Of a DNA stretch of 64,000 nt, positions 29,207 to 39,200 are shown one piece after another (position 1 is the first letter of the stretch; every line of letters begins with the position of its first letter). A model generated the notes under the pieces. It saw nothing but the letters and a program-made list of their open reading frames with translations, was not told where the DNA came from and ran no database searches. A program made the translations under genes and the position numbers. Source of the DNA: Bacteroidota bacterium (lineage in GTDB: Bacteria > Bacteroidota > Bacteroidia > UKL13-3); assembly GCA_947459415.1 (NCBI GenBank), contig CANHDN010000001.1, forward strand, positions 243 to 64,242, in the 5' to 3' direction.

Positions 29207-30601
29207 TTAGATAAACAATTTAACGACATAATAAGTTAAACCAGCTAATAATGCACTAACTGGAATAGTTAAAATCCAAGCCCATAGCAAATTAACTGTA
29301 ACTCCCCATCTTACTGCAGATAACCTTTTAGTGGCACCCACCCCAATAATAGATCCTGTGATCGTATGCGTGGTACTGACAGGAATTCCCATTTGTTCTG
29401 TCATAAACAAGGTCAATGCACCAGCAGACTCTGCAGTTACACCTTCTAACGGCGTCACTTTTGTTATTTTAGAACCCATCGTTTTAACAATTTTCCAACC
29501 CCCACTCAAAGTTCCTAAACCAATTGCTGCATAGCAAGCTAATGGAACCCAATCTGGCATTTGTTTAAAATCTGAAATATTTCCATTAGCAAGCATAGCT
29601 GCAGAAATAATTCCCATAACTTTCTGTGCATCGTTACCACCATGCCCTATACTAAAAGCGGCAGATGAAAGAAGTTGAAGCTTTTTAAACATATTAGAAA
29701 TTCTAAATGCACTAGGTGTTTTTACTTTCTCAACATATAAGTAGGTTAAAATAAATACAGCAATTAATATCATAATTCCCCACACAATAGCAGAGTTGTC
29801 TGCTTTTGAAAGATCCTTACTCAGTTTTTTTACATCTATGCTCGCATCAATTTTGGCCATTTCGCTTGCTAAATTTTCTGCACCTAACTGATTATATTCT
29901 TTAATTAATGGTTTGGTGTGTTCAAAATTACTGACAGCCTCATCTAACTTTGATTGAACGCTTGGGTCTGTTGCTAATGCTTTCTGGTATTTTTCAATTT
30001 GGTAGAATTTAGCCAAATTGGTTTCTAATTTGCTTTGTTCTAATTGGTCAAATAAAAAGAATGTTCCTACAGCAACAATGAGAATGATTCCAATCCGGTA
30101 CCAAACATTTCGCATGATGGTAATTAGGGTAATAAACATGGAAATGGCCATACCCATAATAGGTGCTATAAAAATAAACATAATTGTCTTAGTAATTTTG
30201 TCCATCTCCACAATTTTAGGTATGGTAACCCCATCTGTTGTTATAAAGGCGTGTGCGATGGCCGCACCTGCAAAACCTCCTATTAAAGTGTGAGAAGAAC
30301 TAGAAGGAATTCCATACCACCAGGTAAACAGGTTCCAAATAATGGCTGCAATTAGCCCTGAGAAAATTACCTCTAATGTAATAAACTCTTTGTGCACTGT
30401 TTTACCAATGGTATTGGCAACTGCATGATCTTTGAAAATAAAGAAGGCAACAAAATTAAAAAATGCTGCCCAAATTACTGCTTGAACCGGCGTAAGTACT
30501 TTGGTAGAAACAATGGTAGCGATTGAGTTTGCAGCATCGTGAAAGCCGTTGATATAATCAAATACCAAGGCTAATATTATTATTATTACAAGAAATGTCA
30601 T
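29207..30601 (-). CDS. inorganic phosphate transporter, PiT family, with long internal hydrophilic loop
   Basis: N-terminal FDYINGFHDAANSIATIVSTKVL and C-terminal repeat GGNDAQKVMGI are PHO4/PiT signatures. Confidence 0.8.
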   Translation of the reverse strand: MTFLVIIIILALVFDYINGFHDAANSIATIVSTKVLTPVQAVIWAAFFNFVAFFIFKDHAVANTIGKTVHKEFITLEVIFSGLIAAIIWNLFTWWYGIPSSSSHTLIGGFAGAAIAHAFITTDGVTIPKIVEMDKITKTIMFIFIAPIMGMAISMFITLITIMRNVWYRIGIILIVAVGTFFLFDQLEQSKLETNLAKFYQIEKYQKALATDPSVQSKLDEAVSNFEHTKPLIKEYNQLGAENLASEMAKIDASIDVKKLSKDLSKADNSAIVWGIMILIAVFILTYLYVEKVKTPSAFRISNMFKKLQLLSSAAFSIGHGGNDAQKVMGIISAAMLANGNISDFKQMPDWVPLACYAAIGLGTLSGGWKIVKTMGSKITKVTPLEGVTAESAGALTLFMTEQMGIPVSTTHTITGSIIGVGATKRLSAVRWGVTVNLLWAWILTIPVSALLAGLTYYVVKLFI

Positions 30602-30616
30602 GTTAAACGCTAGAGT

Positions 30617-31264
30617 TTAGGCGTACTTTACTACGATAGATTCCATGACATTGGCTGCATCCTCAAATTTATCTGTGGCAATTTCCATTACCTGATAGAT
30701 TTCTCTTTTCTTAATGAGCATTTTTACATCATTCTCTGTTTCAAAAAGTCTTTCGATGCACATATCAAATAGGTCATCTGCCTGATTTTCGTAGGTGTTT
30801 ACTTTAGCAATGGCATCCGTAATATTTCGCATGTTTTTCATATTTCTTAGTTCTAACACAGCGATTTTAATTGATTCTGCTCCCATTGAAATAATATCAG
30901 CCATTTTTTGAATACCACTATCACTCGGATCAACCTTATAAAAATTAATTTTCTTTGCAGAAGCATAAATGTAATCGCAAATGTCATCTAGTGCATTTGC
31001 TAATTGGTGAATGTCTTCTCTGTCGAATGGTGTAATAAAATTTCTACCTAACTCATTAAAAATTTGATGTGTAAGGTTGTCGTTGTTGTGCTCTAGATCT
31101 TCTAATTTTTTGATTACAACGCCTCTTTTGCTAAAGTCAGGTTCAGCAACAACATCTTTCATAAGTCTGCCCATCTCGGCCACATTAAGAGCAACTTGCT
31201 CAAATAAAGAGTAAAACACCTTATCCTTAGGTGTAAATAGTTGGATGATTGTGTTAAAATTCAT
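30617..31264 (-). CDS. DUF47/TIGR00153-family PiT-associated (PhoU-like) regulator
   Basis: About 215-aa helical protein immediately upstream of and co-oriented with the PiT gene, the canonical pit-ykaA type pairing. Confidence 0.65.
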   Translation of the reverse strand: MNFNTIIQLFTPKDKVFYSLFEQVALNVAEMGRLMKDVVAEPDFSKRGVVIKKLEDLEHNNDNLTHQIFNELGRNFITPFDREDIHQLANALDDICDYIYASAKKINFYKVDPSDSGIQKMADIISMGAESIKIAVLELRNMKNMRNITDAIAKVNTYENQADDLFDMCIERLFETENDVKMLIKKREIYQVMEIATDKFEDAANVMESIVVKYA

Positions 31265-31307
31265 GTTATTAATTTTCTGGGAGCAAACTTAAAATATTTG
31301 TTTGGAC

Positions 31308-31381
31308 TTAACATTATGTTAACAATAACTTAATATTCTTGCATCCAGTTCTTAACAATTAATTAGCAATTACTTAACAAT
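31308..31381. promoter_or_regulatory. four phased copies of TTAACA(A/T)T (candidate Pho-box-like response-regulator sites)
   Basis: Copies at 31308 (TTAACATT), 31319, 31352 and 31374 (TTAACAAT). Spacings are 11, 33 and 22 bp, all multiples of 11. They lie in the divergent promoter region between the DUF47-PiT operon and the phosphate porin gene. Confidence 0.45.
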
Positions 31382-31458
31382 TGAGCTCATGATTTAATAT
31401 TAAGTTATTGATTATAATTAATTTAAAGATTAATAAAATATAAATCTATTTAAATTTA

Positions 31459-32694
31459 ATGTTAACCAATTACATGAATCAATTAAACAAATTTTCGTTT
31501 TTTGCGCTATTTTTTTTCTTACTAAACTCTCAAATTGTGTTTGGACAGGAAAAAACTGACAATCTAACTATTCCTATTTCAAAAAAATGGTTTGAATCAT
31601 TTTCGATCAGGGGTTACCAGCAAGTTAGGTATAATAGACTTTTTGAAACCAACGATAAATTGAGATGTGAACAGTGTGACCGCTCTTGGGGTGCTGATGG
31701 TGGTTTTTTTATTCGTCGAATGCGTGTTATATTATTTGGGCAAATTAATAAACGCGTTTATTTTTACATTCAACCAGATTTTGCAAGCTCTGCTAGCACT
31801 ACAAGTTTACATTTTGGCCAGTTAAGGGATGCATATTTTGATATTGGCCTAGATGATAAGAATGAGTTTAGATTTAGAATTGGACAAAGTAAAATTGCAT
31901 ATGGATTCGAAAACATGCAATCTAGTCAGAATAGACTTGCATTGGATAGAAATGATGCTTTAAATAGTGCAGTCTCCAATGAACGTGATTTAGGTGTATT
32001 TTTTTACTATGCTCCAAGTGAGGTTCGTAAATTATTCAGTGAACTGGTAAGTTCAGGTTTAAAAGGTAGTGGCGATTATGGTGTTTTTGGATTTGGATTG
32101 TATAATGGTCAAACTGCAAATAAACCAGAATTGAATAACGAACCACATGCTTTTACAAGAATTGCTTATCCATTTAAAATTGGTAATCAAATTATTGAGC
32201 CAGCATTACAAGCCTATTCAGGAAAATTTGTTGTTGCAAAGGATCAATTAACAACAGGTGTTAAGACAAATGCAGATTTAAATTATTTAGATCAGCGAGC
32301 AGCTGCTTCATTTGTATTATATCCAAAACCTTTTGGAATTATGGCAGAATATAATGTGGGAAGAGGTCCAGAATTTAATAAAGAAACAGATTCTATTGAA
32401 TTGCGTGATTTACACGGAGGATATGTTACATTTAGTTACTATCAAAAAATTGGCAATCAGTTGCTTATACCTTTTTCTAGGGTACAATATTATCAAGGTG
32501 GTAAAAAACACGAAAAAGATGCCAGAAGTTATGATGTAAAGGAACTTGAAATTGGAACAGAGTGGCAGCCAAATAAGAATTTTGAATTGGTTGTTATGTA
32601 TACCTTTTCTAACCGTAGGTTTGAAGATTTTGCATTACAAAATAATCGTCAGATTGGTCAATTAATGAGAATTCAAGCACAGTTAAACTTCTAG
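31459..32694 (+). CDS. phosphate-selective porin O/P family outer-membrane protein
   Basis: Signal peptide. About 400-aa beta-barrel with the OprO/OprP-like N-terminal region (SIRGYQQVRY...RRMRVILFGQIN). Alternative start at 31474. Confidence 0.6.
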   Translation: MLTNYMNQLNKFSFFALFFFLLNSQIVFGQEKTDNLTIPISKKWFESFSIRGYQQVRYNRLFETNDKLRCEQCDRSWGADGGFFIRRMRVILFGQINKRVYFYIQPDFASSASTTSLHFGQLRDAYFDIGLDDKNEFRFRIGQSKIAYGFENMQSSQNRLALDRNDALNSAVSNERDLGVFFYYAPSEVRKLFSELVSSGLKGSGDYGVFGFGLYNGQTANKPELNNEPHAFTRIAYPFKIGNQIIEPALQAYSGKFVVAKDQLTTGVKTNADLNYLDQRAAASFVLYPKPFGIMAEYNVGRGPEFNKETDSIELRDLHGGYVTFSYYQKIGNQLLIPFSRVQYYQGGKKHEKDARSYDVKELEIGTEWQPNKNFELVVMYTFSNRRFEDFALQNNRQIGQLMRIQAQLNF

Positions 32695-32712
32695 ATACGA
32701 ACAATAAGAATT

Positions 32713-32750
32713 AAAAAAGCCCGATGAATAATTATCATCGGGCTTTTTTA
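32713..32750. terminator. bidirectional Rho-independent terminator
   Basis: Stem aaaaaagcccgatga (32713-32727) / tcatcgggctttttt (32735-32749), with a 7-nt loop. Sits between convergent porin and S46 peptidase genes. Confidence 0.75.
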
Positions 32751-32766
32751 TTCTAATCGAATTGTT

Positions 32767-34908
32767 TTATTTTATTAAATTCATTTCATTCACAATATGC
32801 GGTGCTCCACCTAATTTGTCAATTAAGAAAAGCACATAACGGATATCTACGTTGATAGTTCTTTTGTATTTAGCATCAAATACAATATCTCCGCTCATGG
32901 CTTCCCAATTTCCATCAAATGCCAATCCTATTAAGTATCCATTTCCATCAATTACTGGGCTTCCCGAGTTTCCACCAGTGATATCGTTATTGGTAATAAA
33001 GGCCACAGGCATTTTACCATCAGCATTTTTATAATTACCAAAATCTTTTGCCTGGTACAAATCCAACAATTTTTGTGGGGCATTAAATTCAAAATCTGCT
33101 GGATTGTATTTTTCCATAATACCATCCATAGTAGTAAGGTAGTCAAATTTCACTGCATCTTTTGGCTCATAAGACTGCACACTGCCATAGGTTAAACGCA
33201 AAGATGAGTTCGCATCTGGGTAAAAGGTTTTATTAGGATTCATTTCCATTAATCCTTTAATATAATTTCTTCCCTCAGGACCCATTGCATCGTTAAATGC
33301 ATCTACTTTTTCCTTGTAATTATTTAAATAATGGTTGTAGAATGCATTTACCATGGCAAAACATGGGTCAGCCATCAGCTTTTTATAGCTTGGTGCTTTA
33401 GCAAAGGCATCTAATTTTTCTATGCTTGAAAACATACTTTTAGCATAGACCATTTTTGCAAAACTGCTAAATTTCTCTGTATTTGTTTTTCCTTTACTTT
33501 TTAAAATCGTAGCCATATAACTAGGATGTTGATCACTAGGAATATTGTTAAAATACATCTCTAAGATTTGAGCTAAAATTTTCTCATCTGCGCTTGGGAA
33601 AAATGCACCGTAAAAATCTTGATTACCACTCATTGCGCTCTTAAGTGCTTTGTTTGCAGCAGCAGTATCTTTATTAATATTATTGGCATAAGCCATTAAT
33701 GAGCTGGCTTTGGCATTCATAGATACGCCTAAAATGCCTTCTGATAAATAAGTTCTTTGAAGTGCATAAGGTTTATAGGCTTGATATGCTTTTTCAACGT
33801 TAGCTAATACATTTTCGTACTCTGCTTTTCCTTTAGCAAATTCATTAAATTTAGCCTCATTCTCTTTTTTAAATTCGTATACTTTCAGTCTCTTTAATTG
33901 TTCAGTTTGACCAATAAAATATTTCCAATAATTCGCAATTTGAGCATAGTTTGCAGATAATTTTAATCGATCTCCCTCATTCTTATCCATTACTTCTTTC
34001 CAAGCTTTTAAGCGGATATCTCTCAAATTAACAATGGTTGGGTTTATTTTTTCAACAGCTAATTCGATACCTTGAGAAAATTCATACCTATTTGTTCTTC
34101 CAGGAAATCCATAAACCATTGCAAAATCTCCTTCTTTAACACCTTTTGTATTTACGGGTAAAGAATGTTTTGGTACATAGGGAACATTATCTGGTGCGTA
34201 TCCAGCTGCTTCGTTATTTTTATTTGCATAAATGCGAAACATGCTAAAATCTCCAGTATGTCTTGGCCACATCCAATTATCTGCATCTCCTCCAAATTTT
34301 CCTACAGATTGCGGTGGTGTTCCAACTAAACGGATATCTGTAAAGCGTTGAAATGTAAATAAATAGTAGGCATTACCTTTAAACATTTCTCTAAGTTGCA
34401 CTTCTAATTTGTTCCCTTTTTTAGCTTCATCAATGATTTGTTTGCTGAGTACTTGAAGTTTTGCAGCCCTATCTTTTTCGCTTAACCCTTTTAACTCTGG
34501 TATGATTTTATCACTTACATCTTCAATTTTTTGAACAATAGAAACCCACATTCCTTGAATTGGCTTTTCTTCGCCATTGTTTTTAGCCCAAAATCCATTG
34601 TCTAAAATATTATCTTGAGGTGTTGATTTTTCAGCAATGGCACCATAACCGCAGTGGTGGTTAGTTAAAACTAAGCCTTTATTTGAAATGATTTCACCGG
34701 TACATCCACCGTTAAACCATACAATAGCGTCTTTCATGGAGCTATTATTTACATCGTACAATTGTTCGGCAGTAAGTTTTAAACCTTTGGCCTTCATCTC
34801 TTCATAATTGTACTTTTTTAGTAAAAGTGGAATCCACATTCCTTCGTCGGCTTTTACTCCAGTGCTTATAATTAGGAGTGCCAACATTGTGTAAAGCAGT
34901 TTTTTCAT
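32767..34908 (-). CDS. S46-family dipeptidyl-peptidase (DPP7/DPP11-like)
   Basis: N-terminal ADEGMWIPLLL, catalytic His region VLTNHHCGYG and Ser region TGGNSGSPV are S46 hallmarks. Signal peptide. Confidence 0.8.
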   Translation of the reverse strand: MKKLLYTMLALLIISTGVKADEGMWIPLLLKKYNYEEMKAKGLKLTAEQLYDVNNSSMKDAIVWFNGGCTGEIISNKGLVLTNHHCGYGAIAEKSTPQDNILDNGFWAKNNGEEKPIQGMWVSIVQKIEDVSDKIIPELKGLSEKDRAAKLQVLSKQIIDEAKKGNKLEVQLREMFKGNAYYLFTFQRFTDIRLVGTPPQSVGKFGGDADNWMWPRHTGDFSMFRIYANKNNEAAGYAPDNVPYVPKHSLPVNTKGVKEGDFAMVYGFPGRTNRYEFSQGIELAVEKINPTIVNLRDIRLKAWKEVMDKNEGDRLKLSANYAQIANYWKYFIGQTEQLKRLKVYEFKKENEAKFNEFAKGKAEYENVLANVEKAYQAYKPYALQRTYLSEGILGVSMNAKASSLMAYANNINKDTAAANKALKSAMSGNQDFYGAFFPSADEKILAQILEMYFNNIPSDQHPSYMATILKSKGKTNTEKFSSFAKMVYAKSMFSSIEKLDAFAKAPSYKKLMADPCFAMVNAFYNHYLNNYKEKVDAFNDAMGPEGRNYIKGLMEMNPNKTFYPDANSSLRLTYGSVQSYEPKDAVKFDYLTTMDGIMEKYNPADFEFNAPQKLLDLYQAKDFGNYKNADGKMPVAFITNNDITGGNSGSPVIDGNGYLIGLAFDGNWEAMSGDIVFDAKYKRTINVDIRYVLFLIDKLGGAPHIVNEMNLIK

Positions 34909-34990
34909 TGTTTTAAAAAAATTAATGTGGCGAAAGTAAATACATTAACTCATACAACCTGATTTTTTTTGATAAAAGGTAAGACCTTTG

Positions 34991-35009
34991 CTAACAATTA
35001 TTTCACAAT
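34991..35009 (+). promoter_or_regulatory. 11-bp-phased tandem CTAACAAT / TTCACAAT upstream of second PiT gene
   Basis: Related to the TTAACAAT repeats at 31.3 kb and with the same 11-bp phasing. 50-65 nt upstream of the ATG at 35058. Confidence 0.3.
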
Positions 35010-35025
35010 TCCATAATATTGAACC

Positions 35026-35042
35026 TTAGGAAGACTTCCTAA
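35026..35042. promoter_or_regulatory. perfect 17-bp palindrome TTAGGAAGACTTCCTAA (candidate operator)
   Basis: 8-bp arms around a central A, 16 nt upstream of the PiT-2 start codon. Flanked by TAATATTG -7-like elements at 35004 and 35041. Confidence 0.35.
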
Positions 35043-35057
35043 TATTGTAAAATAATT

Positions 35058-36461
35058 ATGTTTGGACTAGATACTTCACTCACCATTCTTCTGTTGGTTT
35101 GTTTATTTGCCGCCATTGCATTTGAATTTATCAATGGATTTCATGATGCTGCCAATGCAGTTGCAACGGTAATTTATACCAACTCGCTAAAGCCATGGGC
35201 AGCCGTAATTTGGAGCGGTATTTGGAATGCGATTGGAGTTTTTGCAGGTGGAATAGCTGTAGCCATGGGTATTACTAATTTACTACCCACAGAGTTATTG
35301 CTCGACACCAATATCTATCACAATATTGCACTTATTTTATCTTTATTAATTACTGCCATTGCTTGGAATTTAGGTACTTGGTATTTAGGATTGCCCTGTT
35401 CTAGTTCACACACATTAATTGGTTCTATTATTGGAGTTGGTTTGGGTTTTGCGTTTGTGTCAACAGACAATGGATTTAATTATGTTAATTGGGCTAAAGC
35501 TGGCGATATTGGTTTATCCTTGATATTATCTCCACTTATAGGATTTAGTTTTGCTATTTTTCTGATGTATGTGCTGCGCCAGGTTGTTAAAAGGAGACTA
35601 ATTTTTAAAGAACCTGCCACCAATGCACCTCCTCCATTTTGGATCAGACTGTTATTACTGCTAACCTGCACAGGAGTGAGTTTTTCTCATGGATCTAATG
35701 ATGGACAAAAGGGGGTCGGATTGGTCATGCTCATTTTAATTGCTATTGTTCCTGGTTATTTTACTTTAAATCTATCCAAAAATACTTCAGATGTTCGCGA
35801 TCAAGTAAAAGAAATTACCCTGATTGTATCTAAAATTGACGCGAAGGAATTATCAAAAGATGAAATTCTGAATCTAGAAAAAACGAATACTTATATCGGG
35901 CATTTTGATTCTTTGTTGAATACTGGAGTTGTTTTAGCTGATCTATCAAATCATCAAAAAGCAAGTGTAAGAAAAGACATGGTTTTGCTGGGTAAGGAGG
36001 TTAAATTATTACTAAAAAGTAAAAATTTAAATTTGAGTTTGGCTAATAAGCAAAAGCTTAAAAGTTCCGTTGACGAACTTAAAAGTATTACAGAATATGC
36101 TCCAGTCTGGGTGATTTTAATGATCTCGCTGAGTTTAGGTTTTGGAACTATGGTAGGATGGAAGCGAATAGTTATTACCATTGGGGAAAAAATTGGCAAA
36201 CAGCATCTAACTTATGCGCAAGGTGCCAGTGCAGAATTGGTTGCAGCATCTACCATTGGAATTTCAACCTGGTTAGGTTTACCTGTGAGTACTACGCACG
36301 TGCTATCATCAGGTATTGCAGGTTCCATGGTAGCAAGTAAAGGGATTAAAAATTTGCAGACCAAAACAATTAAAAATATTGCCATCGCCTGGTTACTTAC
36401 TTTACCTGTCTCCATTATTGTTTCTGGAGCCTTATTTATTTTGTTTCGCTCAATTCTTTAA
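35058..36461 (+). CDS. inorganic phosphate transporter, PiT family (second paralog)
   Basis: FEFINGFHDAANAVATVIYTNSL and GSNDGQKGVGL motifs. About 130-aa central hydrophilic insert like the first paralog. Confidence 0.8.
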   Translation: MFGLDTSLTILLLVCLFAAIAFEFINGFHDAANAVATVIYTNSLKPWAAVIWSGIWNAIGVFAGGIAVAMGITNLLPTELLLDTNIYHNIALILSLLITAIAWNLGTWYLGLPCSSSHTLIGSIIGVGLGFAFVSTDNGFNYVNWAKAGDIGLSLILSPLIGFSFAIFLMYVLRQVVKRRLIFKEPATNAPPPFWIRLLLLLTCTGVSFSHGSNDGQKGVGLVMLILIAIVPGYFTLNLSKNTSDVRDQVKEITLIVSKIDAKELSKDEILNLEKTNTYIGHFDSLLNTGVVLADLSNHQKASVRKDMVLLGKEVKLLLKSKNLNLSLANKQKLKSSVDELKSITEYAPVWVILMISLSLGFGTMVGWKRIVITIGEKIGKQHLTYAQGASAELVAASTIGISTWLGLPVSTTHVLSSGIAGSMVASKGIKNLQTKTIKNIAIAWLLTLPVSIIVSGALFILFRSIL

Positions 36462-37618
36462 TAGATACGTTTTAATTTTCCATCTTGAAAATATAAAACA
36501 TTTAATTGGTCGTTTTGAAGGCTTTTTGAATTGTCTTTTTGTCTTATTTGATACCTATTACTGAGTGGTTGAACCCATTTCTGATTAATAATTTCCTTCA
36601 TATTACCTGGATTCGAGAGTAGTGATTGAATAAAAAATAATCCTTGTTCATAACCTGCAATGGCATATTCTTCTGGTTCTGTGTAGTATTTTTCTCTATA
36701 ATGAATAACAAATTTTTTGTTTCTATCATCAGAGTAGTCAAAGAAAAAGGGCGAGATTAATTGTACATTTAGTTGTTCTAATAAATGAATATTGGGTGAT
36801 TTAAATTCTAGCCATTTTCTGAATCCAAAGACCTTAAGATTGGTGAAATTTAAAGTGTCACTTAAACTGCGCAATGCAGTTCCTACTGCATATTCGTTTT
36901 CACTTGCTATGATAAAATAGTTATTCTTTTGCGGGTTATATACTTTCGAAATTTCATTTATTTTGCTGATATCCAATTGTTTAATCTGTAATTCTGGATA
37001 CCTACTTTTAATCACACTAATTCTTGAATTGATAACTTTGTCGTTGGTTTCTTTACCATATGCAACATATACATTGGCACCTCCTACATTATTTTGCTTT
37101 ATATTTTCTAAAACAAAATCTGCATAATAACTTAAGTCTGGATATACAGAAATTAAATAAGGATTATTAATGGTACTTTTAGTTAAAGTTAAAAAGGGAG
37201 ATATGTGATACTTTTTATTTCTTTTACAATAATCTAGCATCATTTCATTGCCTTCTTTTAATACGGGGCCAATGATTAAATCTGCTTGTAAAACTTCTTT
37301 TTTGTTTAATATTTTGGCAAAAGTGAGGCTATCCCTTTTGGTATCTAAAACTTCAATAGAAATACCTTTTTCAACTGTTTTAAAAGAATCTAAGGCAAGT
37401 AAAAATCCTTCATAATAGCTTCTGCAGGCAAGGCTAATAGCTGCATTTTTATGTTTTGGATTTTCTAATATATCTGCACTACAGAAAGGCATGATGAGCG
37501 CAATATGCAAATCTTGTTGCACACTATCTGTATTCATAACTTTCTCTTCAGTTTGGGCCTGAGCCAAACAAAAAAGTAAATTAAAAATTACAAACAATAA
37601 TCCTTGCCTTACAACCAT
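36458..37618 (-). CDS. hypothetical secreted protein, periplasmic-binding-protein type I-like
   Basis: Signal peptide (LLFVIFNLLFCLAQA). Alternating beta-alpha pattern compatible with a PBP1/LivK-like fold. The ORF-track start at 37669 would overlap guaA, so the Met at 37618 is preferred. It sits 1 nt after the guaA stop. Confidence 0.4.
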   Translation of the reverse strand: MVVRQGLLFVIFNLLFCLAQAQTEEKVMNTDSVQQDLHIALIMPFCSADILENPKHKNAAISLACRSYYEGFLLALDSFKTVEKGISIEVLDTKRDSLTFAKILNKKEVLQADLIIGPVLKEGNEMMLDYCKRNKKYHISPFLTLTKSTINNPYLISVYPDLSYYADFVLENIKQNNVGGANVYVAYGKETNDKVINSRISVIKSRYPELQIKQLDISKINEISKVYNPQKNNYFIIASENEYAVGTALRSLSDTLNFTNLKVFGFRKWLEFKSPNIHLLEQLNVQLISPFFFDYSDDRNKKFVIHYREKYYTEPEEYAIAGYEQGLFFIQSLLSNPGNMKEIINQKWVQPLSNRYQIRQKDNSKSLQNDQLNVLYFQDGKLKRIY

Positions 37619-37619
37619 T

Positions 37620-39158
37620 TTATTCCCATTCAATGGTTGCAGGTGGTTTAGAACTAATATCATAAACAACCCGATTAATTCCTTTTACTTCATTAATTAT
37701 TCTATTAGCTACCATTCCTAAAAAGTCGTGAGGAAGGTGGCAGAAATCTGCTGTCATCCCATCTACTGAAGTTACTGCACGCAAACAAATTACATTTTCA
37801 TAGGTTCTTTCATCTCCCATTACACCCACAGATTGAATGGGAAGGAAGATGGCTCCCGCCTGCCAAACATTTAAATATTGGCCTTTATCTTTTAATTCTG
37901 AAATGAAAATATGGTCTGCTTCCTGCAAAATACGAATCTTTTCTTCAGTTATTTCTCCTAAAATTCTGATGGCTAAGCCCGGTCCTGGAAATGGGTGTCT
38001 ATCCAAAATAATACGCTCCATTCCCAATGCAGTGCCTACATTTCTGACCTCATCTTTGAATAACATTCTTAGTGGCTCAACTATTTTTAACTTCATCGTT
38101 TCTGGTAATCCACCCACATTATGATGAGATTTAATAGTTGCAGATGGACCTTTTACACTCACGCTTTCTATTACATCAGGATAAATAGTTCCTTGTGCCA
38201 ACCATTGCGTGTTCTCGATTTTATTTGCTTCTTCATCAAACACCTCTATAAAAACCCTACCAATGGTTTTACGTTTTTGTTCTGGGTCACTAATGCCTGC
38301 TAATGCATCAATAAATTTTTTACGCGCATCTACTCCAATCACATGAATTCCCATGTTTTTGTAGGCATGCAATACTTGAGTGAATTCGTCTTTTCTTAAT
38401 AATCCATTATCAATAAAAATACCTGTTAGGTTTGATCCAATGGCCTCTTTTAATAACATGGCAGCCACAGATGAATCTACGCCACCAGATAAACCTAAAA
38501 TAACCTTATCTGAACCCAATTTTTGCTTTAAATCTGCCGTGGTGTTCTCTATAAAATGAGCTGGAGTCCAGTTTTGTTGAAGGCCTGCAACCTTTGAGAT
38601 AAAATTATGTAAAAGTGTTTTACCATCGATACTATGGGTAACTTCAGGATGAAATTGAATTGCATAAGTATCTTCTTCGTTAATTTTGAAGGCAGCCACT
38701 TTTACGCTTTCTGTGCTTGCAATGATTTCAAAATTTTCTGGAATGTCTTGTATGGTATCCCCATGGCTCATCCAAACTTGGCTATCCAAAGGAATATCTG
38801 CAAGGAGTGGAGAGGAATGAACTGCTTTTAAATTAGCCCTACCATATTCTCTAATTTTGCTTGGCACTACATACCCTCCATTTTGTTTTGCCAATAATTG
38901 GGCGCCATAACAAACACCCAACAGTGGAAGTTTTCCACGGTATTTACTTAGGTCTACATCAGGTAATATGCCGTCGTTTACTGAGTATGGGCTACCGCTT
39001 AAAATAACGGCTTTGGTGTGCACATCCAAATCTGGAATATGCGTACAAGGGTGAATTTCTGAATAAACATTTAATTCACGTAATCTGCGGGCGATTAATT
39101 GGGTATATTGCGACCCAAAATCTATTATGAGGACTTTTTCTTCCATATACGTTGGCAA
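37620..39158 (-). CDS. guaA: GMP synthase (glutamine-hydrolysing)
   Basis: GATase-1 region ([22 protein letters not shown]...GVCYGAQLL), ATP-PPase motif [10 protein letters not shown] and C-terminal dimerisation domain ending IEWE. Confidence 0.9.
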   Translation of the reverse strand: MPTYMEEKVLIIDFGSQYTQLIARRLRELNVYSEIHPCTHIPDLDVHTKAVILSGSPYSVNDGILPDVDLSKYRGKLPLLGVCYGAQLLAKQNGGYVVPSKIREYGRANLKAVHSSPLLADIPLDSQVWMSHGDTIQDIPENFEIIASTESVKVAAFKINEEDTYAIQFHPEVTHSIDGKTLLHNFISKVAGLQQNWTPAHFIENTTADLKQKLGSDKVILGLSGGVDSSVAAMLLKEAIGSNLTGIFIDNGLLRKDEFTQVLHAYKNMGIHVIGVDARKKFIDALAGISDPEQKRKTIGRVFIEVFDEEANKIENTQWLAQGTIYPDVIESVSVKGPSATIKSHHNVGGLPETMKLKIVEPLRMLFKDEVRNVGTALGMERIILDRHPFPGPGLAIRILGEITEEKIRILQEADHIFISELKDKGQYLNVWQAGAIFLPIQSVGVMGDERTYENVICLRAVTSVDGMTADFCHLPHDFLGMVANRIINEVKGINRVVYDISSKPPATIEWE

Positions 39159-39200
39159 ATTTCACGTATTTTTCGGAGAAATTTAGTTTAATGAAAAATT

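Noticed and set aside
30018-30293. 91-aa ORF antisense to the PiT-1 gene, plus similar ones in PiT-2 (35480-36415)
   Set aside because: Shadow ORFs within polytopic transporter genes, with hydrophobic low-complexity translation.
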